In this document: piece by piece, positions 51,178-61,521 of the stretch
How the letters are laid out: each line of letters begins with the position of its first letter
Numbering within the stretch: position 1 is the first letter of the stretch
Assembly (NCBI GenBank): GCA_030425825.1
Contig: JAUHZY010000001.1
Coordinates: forward strand, 1,542,834 to 1,606,833
DNA length: 64,000 nucleotides
Reading direction: 5' to 3'
Origin: Alphaproteobacteria bacterium
GTDB taxonomy: Bacteria; Pseudomonadota; Alphaproteobacteria; JAUHZY01
The notes under the pieces: generated by a model
The model's input: the letters and a program-made list of their open reading frames with translations, nothing else
Databases searched by the model: none
Told to the model about the DNA's origin: nothing
Position numbers and translations under genes: made by a program

Positions 51178-52424
51178 GATAAATACTGTTTTGTTAGAAT
51201 TTTTCCTTGTTCAACAGCCGGCTGGTCAAACGGATTAACGTCAAGAAAATCTGCCATTAGAATGGTTTCAATCATAAACTGCATCAATAAACCACCCATT
51301 GTTTCTTCATCAAGGTGTGGAAGTCTAATTTCTCTGACAGGGCAGTTGTTTTCTTTTAGTACTTGTGTGATTGCACGTTGTTCGGCATCCATCAAATCAC
51401 CAATTGTTTTGCCTTCAAGATAGTTTATTTTTTCAGGACAGTCTGAGAAGTGAATCGCTTGCCCTTTTTGCTTTTGGTCAAGCGTGATAACTGTGAAGAT
51501 TTTATCTTTTGGCCCATCAAGCCACAGCTGTAACTGGCTGTGTTGATCAACAGTTCCCAGTGCAGGAACAGGGTTTGACCCTTTTCCACTTTTTCCAATG
51601 CTTTCTGCCCAAAGCTGTCGAAACCACAGGCCTAAATAATTTAACCTGTCTGCATAATAAAGCATGACTGTTGATGTTTTTTGATGATGTTTAAGAAATA
51701 AAAAGTTATATAAGGCCCCTTGAAGGATGTGATTATTCGCTTCAGATTTAAACTCATTGAGACATTTTTCCGCACCCATTAATATTTGGTCGATATTAAG
51801 GCCAGAAAGCAGAGCAGGTAAAAGGCCAACATTCGAAAATACAGAATACCGTCCACCAATTTCAAGGTGGTGGTTTAGGGTGTAAATTCCTTCTTGGGCA
51901 GCGATGGTTTTAAGTGAGCTCGTTTTGTCTTCTGTAATAATTAAACATTGTTTGTATGCGCTTTCACCAACATAAGACTGTAGCCATTGATAGAAAATGG
52001 AGAAAACAGAGAGTGTTTCTGCTGTTTCACCAGATTTCGAAATAGCAATAATAGCTGTTTTTTTAGGATCAGAGTCTTTGATGACTTGTTCAATCGTATC
52101 AAAGTCTGTGTTTTCAATAAAGTTTAAAGAAGCAAGATTGTTTTTTGAGAGGCCACAAAGCATTTTGCCGCCGAGGCTTGAGCCTCCTGTGCCAATAATG
52201 AGGAAATTGTTAAATGCGTCAAGATGCTCCTTTGCAGCATTAATTTCTTCCAAAGCATTTTTGTCTGAAACAATTTCTAGTGGTGCATAGCTTTGAGACA
52301 TGAAATGCTCGTAGACAGACTTTGCGTGTGAATGCCCTTCTTGTTCTATGGCGTCAGTAAAAAACACTTCCCCGTCAGGTTTATGCTGAAAACCACTGAT
52401 TATTTGCTCATTAAGCTTTGACAC
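51174..52424 (-). CDS. pgi: glucose-6-phosphate isomerase (short form)
   Basis: SIS domains, PGI signature GGRYSVFSNVG; ATGA overlap with mutL. Confidence 0.8.
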   Translation of the reverse strand: MSKLNEQIISGFQHKPDGEVFFTDAIEQEGHSHAKSVYEHFMSQSYAPLEIVSDKNALEEINAAKEHLDAFNNFLIIGTGGSSLGGKMLCGLSKNNLASLNFIENTDFDTIEQVIKDSDPKKTAIIAISKSGETAETLSVFSIFYQWLQSYVGESAYKQCLIITEDKTSSLKTIAAQEGIYTLNHHLEIGGRYSVFSNVGLLPALLSGLNIDQILMGAEKCLNEFKSEANNHILQGALYNFLFLKHHQKTSTVMLYYADRLNYLGLWFRQLWAESIGKSGKGSNPVPALGTVDQHSQLQLWLDGPKDKIFTVITLDQKQKGQAIHFSDCPEKINYLEGKTIGDLMDAEQRAITQVLKENNCPVREIRLPHLDEETMGGLLMQFMIETILMADFLDVNPFDQPAVEQGKILTKQYLS

Positions 52425-52576
52425 GTTTCTAAATCCTTAAATTCTGTTCGGATATATCTATCTGAAATTTTGATCAAGGACAACATTGTCATTGATAATC
52501 TTGCCTGTTTCTGTTAAATATAACAATATATAGTGTTTTTAACGCGTTATCAGATCAAGATATTCGATCATGAAAG

Positions 52577-53422
52577 GTGAATATGGTTCAAGCTGTTCGG
52601 GCCGAAGACTGGAAAAAAGCATTAAGAGAAACGCATCTTAAGAATCAGCAGAAAAGGGACCACGATGTGCGTGGCCTTACCAAGTATTCTTATATTGTTC
52701 CTTGTTCTTCTCGTTTTCGTGATCAAATTATGGCTTTGGCAAGGCGTCGCAATGTCTCTCCAGGTGACCTGGCAAAGGCTGCGCTTCTTCTTGTGCCTAT
52801 GAAAATGATCGAGAATTACACAGACCCAGGTGAGCCGTTGACGCATGACCGTGAGCGCGTTGTTTTAAAGTCGGGCGTTTCAAAGGGCCGACGTTTGATT
52901 CGAAAGCCTCGTTTGCAAGTCCGTATGTCAGCAGGGTATGATATTGAAACGTTACGTAAGGCTTTAGCTTTAGCATATGCCATTGATCGTGGTGATGTTC
53001 CGTTGCTCAGGACAATGCCGCCAAAAGCACATCTTTCAACAGCGGAAGTGCCTCCTCAAAAAGCACAAAACGAGAATAAAAAGGTCATCCAAAAAGAAGT
53101 TATTGTTCAAAAGGATCCTGAAACAGATCTTTTAAGGCAGAAATATCATAAAGCACAAGAAAAGATAGAGCAGTTAAAGGCTTCATTGTCTGTTTTGGCT
53201 TTTGATCCGATCAGTGGTGGTGTGAAAACACGACAGGATGCATTGTTTGTTCTAGGGTTTGGGGTTAATGACCGTCCTAGTTTATCAACAGTGAAGTCAA
53301 AGTTTAAAATGTTGGCAATGATTTTTCATCCAGATGCTCCATTTGGTGATCATAACCGCATGACGCAATTAAACGCTGCGAAGAACGTTTTAGAAAAACA
53401 CCCTCTCACATCAAGGCATTAA
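52577..53422 (+). CDS. J-domain (DnaJ-like, HPD motif) protein with uncharacterised N-terminal domain
   Basis: C-terminal KFKMLAMIFHPDAPFGDHNRMTQLNAAKNVL is a J-domain helix II-III with HPD; N-terminal 200 aa basic, no recognised domain. Confidence 0.5.
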   Translation: MNMVQAVRAEDWKKALRETHLKNQQKRDHDVRGLTKYSYIVPCSSRFRDQIMALARRRNVSPGDLAKAALLLVPMKMIENYTDPGEPLTHDRERVVLKSGVSKGRRLIRKPRLQVRMSAGYDIETLRKALALAYAIDRGDVPLLRTMPPKAHLSTAEVPPQKAQNENKKVIQKEVIVQKDPETDLLRQKYHKAQEKIEQLKASLSVLAFDPISGGVKTRQDALFVLGFGVNDRPSLSTVKSKFKMLAMIFHPDAPFGDHNRMTQLNAAKNVLEKHPLTSRH

Positions 53423-54382
53423 ACGACTAAGCGGGACGACAACAAATTCTTTATCGTTTAGGGATGACATCCACTTATAAAGTGCATTAAAGGTTTTCTT
53501 TCTAGGGTGTCCAATGCCAACAGCCTGGCCATTTTGACGCGCTTTTTCTTCCAGTTTTTTCAGCTGTGCAAGAATCTTTTCTTCGTCATCAACATTGTCC
53601 AAAAAAACATCTCTTTCAATCGCACGTACACCATTTTTTAGCGCCTGATGATACCCATAACTTTGCGGTGTTGTGCGGGAATCAAGAAAAAGCAGCTTCT
53701 TTTTCTTGAGTGTTTTCATGACGATTTCCATGCTATTTGGCTGTGCCGTGAACTTACTTCCCATATGATTATTAATGCCAACATACCCATCAAACTGGGC
53801 AAGGTTCCACTCAAGGTTCTGCATGATTTCTGGGGCACTGTCTTTTACTTTTAGTGTGTGCGGGCCAGAATCGACACTTTCATTTAAGGGTTCCATGGGA
53901 ACGTGAACCCATAGCTCGTGGCCTTTTTCCAAAGCTTTTTTTGTTTTTTCTTGAATGTCACGTCCATAGGGAAGAAAGGCTAATGTAATTTCTTTTGGCA
54001 ACTTAATAGCTTCTTTTGTTATCGATTTACCAAGACCCACATCGTCAATGACAATAGCAATCAAATTCTTTTTGGGTCCCTTTTTAACTTTTTGACCCAG
54101 TTGTATTTTTGGAATTTTAAGCCCTTCTTGACCCTTTAATACCCATGGTTTAGGTGGAATTGGTGGCTGGATTGGCAGTTTTTCTATTGCAACTTTATCG
54201 GCATATGATCTATCGAGCACCTCGCTAGGTGGTTTTGATGGTGAGAAAATAAGAACCGATAACGTTAATAAAACAGCGCAAATGCACAACAAAAAAACGG
54301 TTCGTTTTTTAGGATCGAGCGAAAAAAAGGCATCAGAGCATTTTTTTAAAAGATTTTTTAGCGTAGAAAGTGTATTTTTCAT
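53411..54382 (-). CDS. divergent polysaccharide deacetylase (YibQ-like) family protein
   Basis: N-terminal TM, conserved IAIVIDDVG...LPYG...HxP motifs of the YibQ family. Confidence 0.7.
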   Translation of the reverse strand: MKNTLSTLKNLLKKCSDAFFSLDPKKRTVFLLCICAVLLTLSVLIFSPSKPPSEVLDRSYADKVAIEKLPIQPPIPPKPWVLKGQEGLKIPKIQLGQKVKKGPKKNLIAIVIDDVGLGKSITKEAIKLPKEITLAFLPYGRDIQEKTKKALEKGHELWVHVPMEPLNESVDSGPHTLKVKDSAPEIMQNLEWNLAQFDGYVGINNHMGSKFTAQPNSMEIVMKTLKKKKLLFLDSRTTPQSYGYHQALKNGVRAIERDVFLDNVDDEEKILAQLKKLEEKARQNGQAVGIGHPRKKTFNALYKWMSSLNDKEFVVVPLSRLMP

Positions 54383-54419
54383 GTCTTCTATTTTTTTATT
54401 AAGTTAAGAAAGCAGCATA

Positions 54420-55442
54420 ATGTCATTGTCAGAAGAATTCAAAGCTTGTTTACGTCAAATAATGCAAAAAACATCATTATCAGAAGATGAAATGCGTTCT
54501 TGTTTTAAAGCTGTGATGTCTGGTCAGATTGACGATGTGCTTCTTTCAAGTTTTTTAACAGCCTTGGCTATGAAGGGTGAAGACGCTTGTGATGTTGCTG
54601 CTGCTGTTTCTGTGATGAAAGAAAATGCGCTGTCTTTTAAAACGCCTGCTGGATCGATTGATGTTTGTGGCACAGGGGGTGATGGGTTGGGCACATATAA
54701 CATTTCAACAGCTGTTGCCTTTGTTTTGGCCGCCGCAGGTGTGCCGGTTGCTAAGCATGGAAATAAATCTGTTTCTTCAAAATCAGGTTCTTCAGAGGTG
54801 CTTTCAGCGCTTGGTGTGAATATAGATGTTTCTCCTGAGAAAATGGAGAAAATACTTGATAAAATAAACATCTGTTTTATTTATGCGCCGCTTTATCATA
54901 GCGCGATGAAGCATGTTGCTTCTGTCAGGGCCACATTAGGTTTTCGGACTATTTTCAATTTGGTAGGACCGCTTTCAAACCCTGGGAATGTTGATTTTCA
55001 ATTGATTGGTGTTTTTAAAGAAGAGCTTTGTCCTGTTTTTGCAGAGGTTCTGAAATTGCGTGGTATGAAGCGTGCGATGATTGTCCATGGCGCAGATGGT
55101 CTGGATGAAGCCAGTGTGACAGGCCCTTCTTATTGCACGTTATTAGATGGCGATCAAATAACATATAAAGAAATTTCACCCCAAGACTTTGGTTTGAAGC
55201 AATGGAAAATAGATGATTTAATAGGTGGAAACCCTCAGTATAACGCACAGGCCATGCGTGGTATATTTGAGGGCGATAAAAATGCTTATCGTGACGCTGT
55301 TGTTTTGAATGCAGCCGTGGGTCTTTTTGTCGCAGAAAAGGTGGACTCAATCGCAGTTGGGGTTGAAAAAGCGCAAAGCTTACTTGATTGTGGGCTTGTG
55401 TTAGAAAAACTAGAAGCATTAAAGGTGGAAACAAATGAGTGA
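54420..55442 (+). CDS. trpD: anthranilate phosphoribosyltransferase
   Basis: GTGGDG motif, KHGN; trpD-trpC adjacency. Confidence 0.9.
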   Translation: MSLSEEFKACLRQIMQKTSLSEDEMRSCFKAVMSGQIDDVLLSSFLTALAMKGEDACDVAAAVSVMKENALSFKTPAGSIDVCGTGGDGLGTYNISTAVAFVLAAAGVPVAKHGNKSVSSKSGSSEVLSALGVNIDVSPEKMEKILDKINICFIYAPLYHSAMKHVASVRATLGFRTIFNLVGPLSNPGNVDFQLIGVFKEELCPVFAEVLKLRGMKRAMIVHGADGLDEASVTGPSYCTLLDGDQITYKEISPQDFGLKQWKIDDLIGGNPQYNAQAMRGIFEGDKNAYRDAVVLNAAVGLFVAEKVDSIAVGVEKAQSLLDCGLVLEKLEALKVETNE

Positions 55443-56226
55443 TGTTTTAACAAAAATATGTGCAACAAAAAGCGAATATGTTGCAGAACAAAAAACAAAA
55501 GTGACGTTAGAAGAGCTAAAAAATCAGATTAATCATCAATCTGCGGCAAGAGGCTTCTACACTGCTTTGAAAAGCAAAAGTGAGAGCGGGTTGGGCGTTA
55601 TTGCCGAGATCAAAAAAGCCTCTCCAAGTAAGGGGTTGATAAGAGAAGATTTTGATCCACCATCTTTGGCGGCTTCATATGAAAAAGGCGGTGCTGCATG
55701 TTTGTCGGTTCTGACTGACCAGCCTTATTTTCAAGGATCAGATGATTATTTAAAGCAGGCGCGTTCTGCTGCTTCACTTCCTGTTTTACGAAAAGACTTT
55801 ATGATTGATTTGTATCAAGTTTATGAGTCACGTGCCATGGGTGCTGACTGTATTTTGTTAATTATGGCGGCATTATCCGATGGGCAAGCCCAAGAACTAG
55901 AATCTTTGGCGATGGAGCTGGGGATGGATGTTCTTGTTGAAATTCATAATGAAGCAGAATGTGAAAGAGCACTGAAGCTTTCTTCTCCTTTAATTGGTGT
56001 AAATAACCGAAACCTAAAAACGCTTGAGGTCGATTTGGTTGTGACAAAAGAAATCTCACCAATGATTCCATCTGACCGCCTTGTTGTTTGTGAGAGCGGC
56101 CTTTACACGCATCAGGATCTTGCATCTATGGCTGCAATAGGTGTGCGATCATTCTTGATTGGTGAGTCTTTAATGCGTCAAGAAAACGTTGAGATGGCTC
56201 TTAAGACCTTAATATCTGGGCATTGA
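55435..56226 (+). CDS. trpC: indole-3-glycerol phosphate synthase
   Basis: IGPS TIM-barrel motifs (IAEIKKASPSKG, LIGVNNRNL); overlaps trpD by 8 nt. Confidence 0.9.
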   Translation: MSDVLTKICATKSEYVAEQKTKVTLEELKNQINHQSAARGFYTALKSKSESGLGVIAEIKKASPSKGLIREDFDPPSLAASYEKGGAACLSVLTDQPYFQGSDDYLKQARSAASLPVLRKDFMIDLYQVYESRAMGADCILLIMAALSDGQAQELESLAMELGMDVLVEIHNEAECERALKLSSPLIGVNNRNLKTLEVDLVVTKEISPMIPSDRLVVCESGLYTHQDLASMAAIGVRSFLIGESLMRQENVEMALKTLISGH

Positions 56227-56282
56227 GCTTGACGTTTGATAAACAATCCTCTAAACAGGGGAGCGTATTTTAAGGAAACAAG

Positions 56283-56504
56283 ATGGCAAAAGAAGAATTA
56301 TTAAAATTTCCAGGTATCGTGAATGAGATCCTTCCAAACGCGATGTTTCGTGTGGAGTTAGAAGAAAATGGCCACGTTGTGCTGGCGCATACTTCTGGTA
56401 AAATGAGAAAGAATCGTATTCGTATTCTGGTTGGCGACCGTGTCGATATTGAGATGACCCCTTATGACTTGTCTAAAGGGCGCATTGTTTACAGACATAA
56501 ATAA
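56283..56504 (+). CDS. infA: translation initiation factor IF-1
   Basis: 72 aa S1-like OB fold, near-identical to canonical IF-1 ([20 protein letters not shown]). Confidence 0.95.
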   Translation: MAKEELLKFPGIVNEILPNAMFRVELEENGHVVLAHTSGKMRKNRIRILVGDRVDIEMTPYDLSKGRIVYRHK

Positions 56505-56509
56505 TCACG

Positions 56510-57631
56510 ATGATTGAGCGTGCAATTTTACTAGGTCATGACGGTTGTCATGCACTGGTTTTGTGTGATGGCGCTGAGATCAAGGATTTTGTTTTTATAG
56601 AAAAAACAAGGCTCTATCAAATATATTTGGGGCGTGTCACAGCCGTTCGTGGTGACATGAATGCGGCTTTTATTGATATTGGCGGCACTTCTGTTTTTTT
56701 GAATCTAGAGAAAAATATTTTAACAAACTTGTCCGAAGGGCAGAGAATATTTGTTCAAATTATCCGTGAAGCTGATGGTGATAAAGCGCCCCAGGTGACA
56801 ACAGACATTAAGCTTTTTTCACGACATTTATTGTTTTTCCCTCATCAAGATTTTATAAAATTCTCGCACAGCTTTTCAGGCGATCAAGATACCTTTATTT
56901 CAGCCTGCCCAAAAGAGCCAGGTGGTGTTCTTGTGCGCTCTCGGTGCGACTCTACAGAAAAAATGATAAAATCATACCAACATCTTTTGGCACAATGGAA
57001 AGATATGAAATCACAAAAAGAAGGATTGGTTTATAAGCCGGATATGTTGTCATTGGCATTGCATGACTTGGATGAAAATATCAAAATATCTGTCTTTAAG
57101 GCTGCACATACTCACGATATTGACACGTATAATAAAGTGCATCACGCTGGTTTTTCTGCAGTCTTTGAACTAGATGCTAAATCTTATGGCTTGTATGAGG
57201 TTGACGCTTTTCTAGAACGTTTATTCGATCCGCATATTTCAACAGAATCAGGGGCAGCTTTATGGTTCGAGAAAACAAAACTGGGTACTGTGATTGATGT
57301 TGATCGATCGCATTTTTTACAGCAACAACAGTCTAAATCTTTTTCATCTTTGCAGGTGAATCTTTCTGTTCTTCCAAGACTTTTCCAACACATTAAGTGG
57401 CGCAGTGTTGGTGGTATTATACTTGTTGATTTCTTGCGGATGAAGAAGGCAGAGGCACAAAGATTTCAGTTAAGTCTAGAACAGCATCTAAGAAAAGATA
57501 AAGCGTTGCGTTTTCTGGGGGTGTCACATGCGGGGCTTTATGAGTTTGTACGCACGAAAACAGGTCTATCCTTGGATCAGAGTTATAGCTTTAATGACCT
57601 GCAAGACATGCTGAAGCCACGCGATATTTAG
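56510..57631 (+). CDS. short RNase E/G-family protein (S1 domain + partial catalytic core)
   Basis: S1 motif IYLGRVTAVRGDMNAAFIDIGG; conserved infA-(maf)-rng neighbourhood; only 373 aa. Confidence 0.55.
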   Translation: MIERAILLGHDGCHALVLCDGAEIKDFVFIEKTRLYQIYLGRVTAVRGDMNAAFIDIGGTSVFLNLEKNILTNLSEGQRIFVQIIREADGDKAPQVTTDIKLFSRHLLFFPHQDFIKFSHSFSGDQDTFISACPKEPGGVLVRSRCDSTEKMIKSYQHLLAQWKDMKSQKEGLVYKPDMLSLALHDLDENIKISVFKAAHTHDIDTYNKVHHAGFSAVFELDAKSYGLYEVDAFLERLFDPHISTESGAALWFEKTKLGTVIDVDRSHFLQQQQSKSFSSLQVNLSVLPRLFQHIKWRSVGGIILVDFLRMKKAEAQRFQLSLEQHLRKDKALRFLGVSHAGLYEFVRTKTGLSLDQSYSFNDLQDMLKPRDI

Positions 57632-58454
57632 GATGCTCTTTTTGTAAGTGAGCCGCTGCTTCTTGTGCAAGCTGTTTGCTTTGGAAAATACCAAAACATG
57701 TAGAGCCACTTCCTGTCATCGCGGAGAAGTCACATGACGGAAGTGTATTGAGAATATCTAGAATAATTTTAATTTCTGGGGTCAGGGCGCAAGCCGCTTT
57801 CTGTAGATCATTTCTTCTGAGGCCCAACCATTCAATAAAGCGATTGTAAGTTGTTGGGTATTGGTCATGTGCCATGTTTGGTGTGAAGTCGCCTTGCCTC
57901 TTTTGATAAACTTCTATTGTTGATGACCCAAGGTTCGGGTTAACCAATACAAAGTACATAGGGGGGAGAGGGGTGTTGTATATTTCTAGATCTGTTCCCG
58001 TTCCTGTTTTAAGGGCAGTTTTTGAGACAAGACACACAGGAATGTCCGAGCCAATTTGAGCACCAACGCTTATGAGGGTTTCTTGTTCAAGTCCCAGGTT
58101 GAAAAGTGTGTTCAATGCTTTGAGGGTTCCCGCTGCATTTGCAGATCCGCCTCCTAAACCACTTCCTAAAGGAATATTTTTGTTCACCTTTACATTAACA
58201 TTTAAAGGGCGCCCTACTTTTTTTTCTAGTCCTTTTATTGCTTTATATACAAGGTTGTCTTGTGTTCTTAGGCTTTGGAGTTCTTCTTGTCCAGTACCAT
58301 GTGTTGTTATGTTTATCGCTTCTGCTTTGTTGATTATTAAAGTGTCACCAAGGTCTAAGAAAACAGCCATGCTTTCTAGTAAGTGATATCCATTCTCTTT
58401 TTTGCCAGTAATATGCAGAAATAGATTTAGTTTTGCAGGACAAAAAATATTCAT
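57591..58454 (-). CDS. ispE: 4-diphosphocytidyl-2-C-methyl-D-erythritol kinase
   Basis: GHMP kinase motifs (PAKLNLFLHI, PLGSGLGGGSANAA). Confidence 0.85.
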   Translation of the reverse strand: MNIFCPAKLNLFLHITGKKENGYHLLESMAVFLDLGDTLIINKAEAINITTHGTGQEELQSLRTQDNLVYKAIKGLEKKVGRPLNVNVKVNKNIPLGSGLGGGSANAAGTLKALNTLFNLGLEQETLISVGAQIGSDIPVCLVSKTALKTGTGTDLEIYNTPLPPMYFVLVNPNLGSSTIEVYQKRQGDFTPNMAHDQYPTTYNRFIEWLGLRRNDLQKAACALTPEIKIILDILNTLPSCDFSAMTGSGSTCFGIFQSKQLAQEAAAHLQKEHPKYRVASACLAGH

Positions 58455-60106
58455 TTTTCTGTACTTTTAATTTTTTCTTGGATTTCTTGGCGAAGATCTT
58501 CATCTGGATCGAAACTCAAAGCTCGATTCCACTGGAAAATAGCTTCTTTTTGACGTCCTCCTGCAAGATAAGCATCTGCTAAATGGTCTGTAATGACAGC
58601 GTCATTTGGGACGTATTCCACGGCTTTTTCAAGGTACTTAATAGCTTTGTCGAATTTTTTTGTTTTGTAGTACGACCACCCTAGGCTATCTAAAATATAT
58701 CCATTATTTGGGGCAAGTTTCACAGCTTTTTTAAGGAGCTTTTCGCCTTCTTCTAAATTGATATTACGGTCTATCCAACTGTATCCAAGATAGTTAAGAA
58801 TATCAGGCTGGTCAGGATAAAGCTCGAGAGATTTTATAAGATCTTCCTCTGCTTCTTTCCATTTGCCCAATCTTTCTAAAACAATGCCACGGCCAAATAG
58901 AATAGGCACATGTTGTCTGTTTATTTGGTCAACATCTTTTAAGATTCTTTTATAAATAGTCAGCGCTTTTTCATAGGACTTTTCTGTGCGGTAATAATCT
59001 GCAAGCAAGAGGGGGACTTGAAGGTTTTGAGGATGTTTTTCTTCTAGTGTTTCGACCAGCCTTACCAGGCTCTTTTCATCTTTTTGTGCCTTTAGAATAT
59101 CTGCTTTGATAAGTTGTCCACGCAAATAGAAAGCAGTGTCTTGTGGAATGTTTTCAAGTGATTCTAGTGCTTTTTCGTATTGATTTGCTTTGCTGTACAA
59201 AGAAGCTGCCATCAGCAAAAGACCCTCGTCGTTCGGTTTGTAGTAAAGACCATAATTGTTAAAAATAATCGCTGTATTGAGGTTGAGACCGTCAATCAGC
59301 ATCAGTGTGATGTCGTAAAAACCTTCAACCATGACGTCATGGATATCTATTTCCTTTGATGTGAGGTGATAATTGGCAAAAAACTGGTCTGGCTTTTGTG
59401 CTAGCGCATCAGTTGGCTCATTGCTGTTTTCTGCATTCTCTTTGATATGAAAAAACTGATCTATTAAGACATAGAGTCTTTTAGACTTTAAAAGAGAAAG
59501 TGCTTTTTTAATTTCACTTTGTGCCTTTTTTTCTTCTTTGAAATAACTATGTAACAGGCTTTTGTGGATATGATGTAGAACTTTGTAAGAGACAAAATGT
59601 TTTAATTGTCCAATCGTCTTAAATGCCTCCTCTTTTTTTCCCATTCCTGCAAGCGACCAGCTTTCAGCAATGCTGACGATGGGGCCATATTTTATCGGGT
59701 CATTGCGAATTTGTTTGATATGGTTGTACGCTTTTTCGTGCTCACCTAGCTTCATATGTTTGATACCAAGTGTGAGGCGTCCCCAAAAAGATGAAGGATC
59801 ATATTTGATCGCACGATTGCTAAGTGTGACTGCGTTTTCTATGTCTCCATTTTCTAGTGTGATTTGGAGATTTTGATTTAAAACGATAATGTTTTGTGGG
59901 TTACTTTCTAAACTGTGTTCAAGAAAATCTTCAGCTTGTTTTTTGTTGCCGTCTTCATATGCAAATAATCCTGCTAGATACGATCCTGTCGCCGAGTTTG
60001 TAGAAAGCTGTTTGGGTTTCTCTGTATATTGATAATCAGTGTTGTTACGGCTTACACCACAAGATGCTGCAAGGATAATAAGACCTGAAATAAGAAGTTT
60101 TTTCAT
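58451..60106 (-). CDS. TPR-repeat lipoprotein
   Basis: Lipobox LAASC; multiple TPR units throughout; ATGA overlap with ispE. Confidence 0.7.
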   Translation of the reverse strand: MKKLLISGLIILAASCGVSRNNTDYQYTEKPKQLSTNSATGSYLAGLFAYEDGNKKQAEDFLEHSLESNPQNIIVLNQNLQITLENGDIENAVTLSNRAIKYDPSSFWGRLTLGIKHMKLGEHEKAYNHIKQIRNDPIKYGPIVSIAESWSLAGMGKKEEAFKTIGQLKHFVSYKVLHHIHKSLLHSYFKEEKKAQSEIKKALSLLKSKRLYVLIDQFFHIKENAENSNEPTDALAQKPDQFFANYHLTSKEIDIHDVMVEGFYDITLMLIDGLNLNTAIIFNNYGLYYKPNDEGLLLMAASLYSKANQYEKALESLENIPQDTAFYLRGQLIKADILKAQKDEKSLVRLVETLEEKHPQNLQVPLLLADYYRTEKSYEKALTIYKRILKDVDQINRQHVPILFGRGIVLERLGKWKEAEEDLIKSLELYPDQPDILNYLGYSWIDRNINLEEGEKLLKKAVKLAPNNGYILDSLGWSYYKTKKFDKAIKYLEKAVEYVPNDAVITDHLADAYLAGGRQKEAIFQWNRALSFDPDEDLRQEIQEKIKSTEK

Positions 60107-60183
60107 TTTTAATCCGTTTGATTCTTAATACAGAAAGTGTACCATAGAAGCCTGATACATGAATTTCAATTTTAAAGGGCATA

Positions 60184-61032
60184 TTGGTGCAAAATTATTC
60201 AGAAGCAGTCTTGCGATGGCACTTAGATATTGGTGTTGATGAGACGATTACGTCATCACCTGTCTCCAAGTTTAATACAGCTGATGCATTGTCAGGTGAA
60301 ACCACCGCTTCTGCACCTGCTGCGCCAGTGGTAGAATCTTTGCCATTAGCGACCAAGGACAACAGCTCGCTTCCAGACAAGTCTTTGGTGGCTCCTTTTT
60401 ATTCTGCAGAGGCTATCGCTGTGGAAGAAAAGCTTAAATCAATAAATACACTATCAGATTTAAAAGACTTCATAAATACATTTGATGGTTGTTCTTTAAA
60501 AAAGACGGCGACCAATACTGTTATTTCAAGGGGATCGGAAGCGTCCGAGTTGATGATCATCGGAGAAGCGCCTGGTGCTGATGAAGACCGAGAGGGGCTT
60601 CCTTTTGTTGGGCGTAGTGGCCAATTGTTAGATGCAATGCTTGCGGCTGCAGGCTTTGAAAAAGAACAAGCCTATATCACAAATATTGTTTTTTGGCGTC
60701 CGCCAGGCAATCGCAAGCCAAACCCTTCCGAGATAGGGCTTTGCTTGCCATTTGTGCGGCGACACATTGCCTTGAAAAAACCGAAGGCGATATTGCTTTT
60801 GGGAGGCGTGGCTGTGCAGTCTTTGTTTGGCGACCAAGATTTTGTACAAAACAAAGGCATTACAAAGCTAAGAGGTGACTGGATAGATTACACCTCAAAA
60901 GATTTAGAGACGTCCATTCCAACCATTGCCAGCTATCATCCGGCATATCTTCTCAGGACACCCATCGCAAAAAAACTGGCTTGGATGGACCTCTTAGAGC
61001 TTCAAGCGCGCCTTACACCAGTTCAAAAATAG
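60184..61032 (+). CDS. udg: uracil-DNA glycosylase, family 4
   Basis: GEAPGADED and HPAYLLR motifs; TTG start per ORF track, N-terminal extension. Confidence 0.8.
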   Translation: MVQNYSEAVLRWHLDIGVDETITSSPVSKFNTADALSGETTASAPAAPVVESLPLATKDNSSLPDKSLVAPFYSAEAIAVEEKLKSINTLSDLKDFINTFDGCSLKKTATNTVISRGSEASELMIIGEAPGADEDREGLPFVGRSGQLLDAMLAAAGFEKEQAYITNIVFWRPPGNRKPNPSEIGLCLPFVRRHIALKKPKAILLLGGVAVQSLFGDQDFVQNKGITKLRGDWIDYTSKDLETSIPTIASYHPAYLLRTPIAKKLAWMDLLELQARLTPVQK

Positions 61033-61480
61033 CATCGACTTCGACGGCAACGCCGCGTGGTAGCGAGGGAGCACCTACGGCAAATCTTGCATGCGTGCCT
61101 TTTTCTTCAAACACACTTGCAATCATATCTGAGGCACCGTTGATAACTTTTGGTTGATCTGTGAAGTCAGGTGTGCATGCGACAAACCCGCCTAGTTTAA
61201 TGCATCTTTTTACTTTAAGTAGGTCGCCTTCACAGGCTTCTTTAAGTTGGGCAATAATATTGAGGGCGCAAAGTTGCGCTGCATCAACAGCTTCGTCTAC
61301 TGAAACATTTTTTCCTACAGTGCCAATAAACTTTATGTCCCCATTTAAAACAGGTATTTGTCCAGAAATATAAACTGTTTTTCCGCTTATAACATAAGGA
61401 ACATAATTAGCCGCAGGAGTGCTGGCATTTGGTAGGGTAATACCAAGAGAAGTAATGCGTTGGTCGATTTGATTTGTCAT
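61013..61480 (-). CDS. RidA/YjgF-family protein
   Basis: Chorismate-mutase-like fold signature (PARFAVGAPSLPRGVAVEVDAIF). Confidence 0.7.
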   Translation of the reverse strand: MTNQIDQRITSLGITLPNASTPAANYVPYVISGKTVYISGQIPVLNGDIKFIGTVGKNVSVDEAVDAAQLCALNIIAQLKEACEGDLLKVKRCIKLGGFVACTPDFTDQPKVINGASDMIASVFEEKGTHARFAVGAPSLPRGVAVEVDAIFELV

Positions 61481-61521
61481 TTTTGTCTCCATCCAATAAC
61501 GTGTTTAAGAGGATATAAAAC

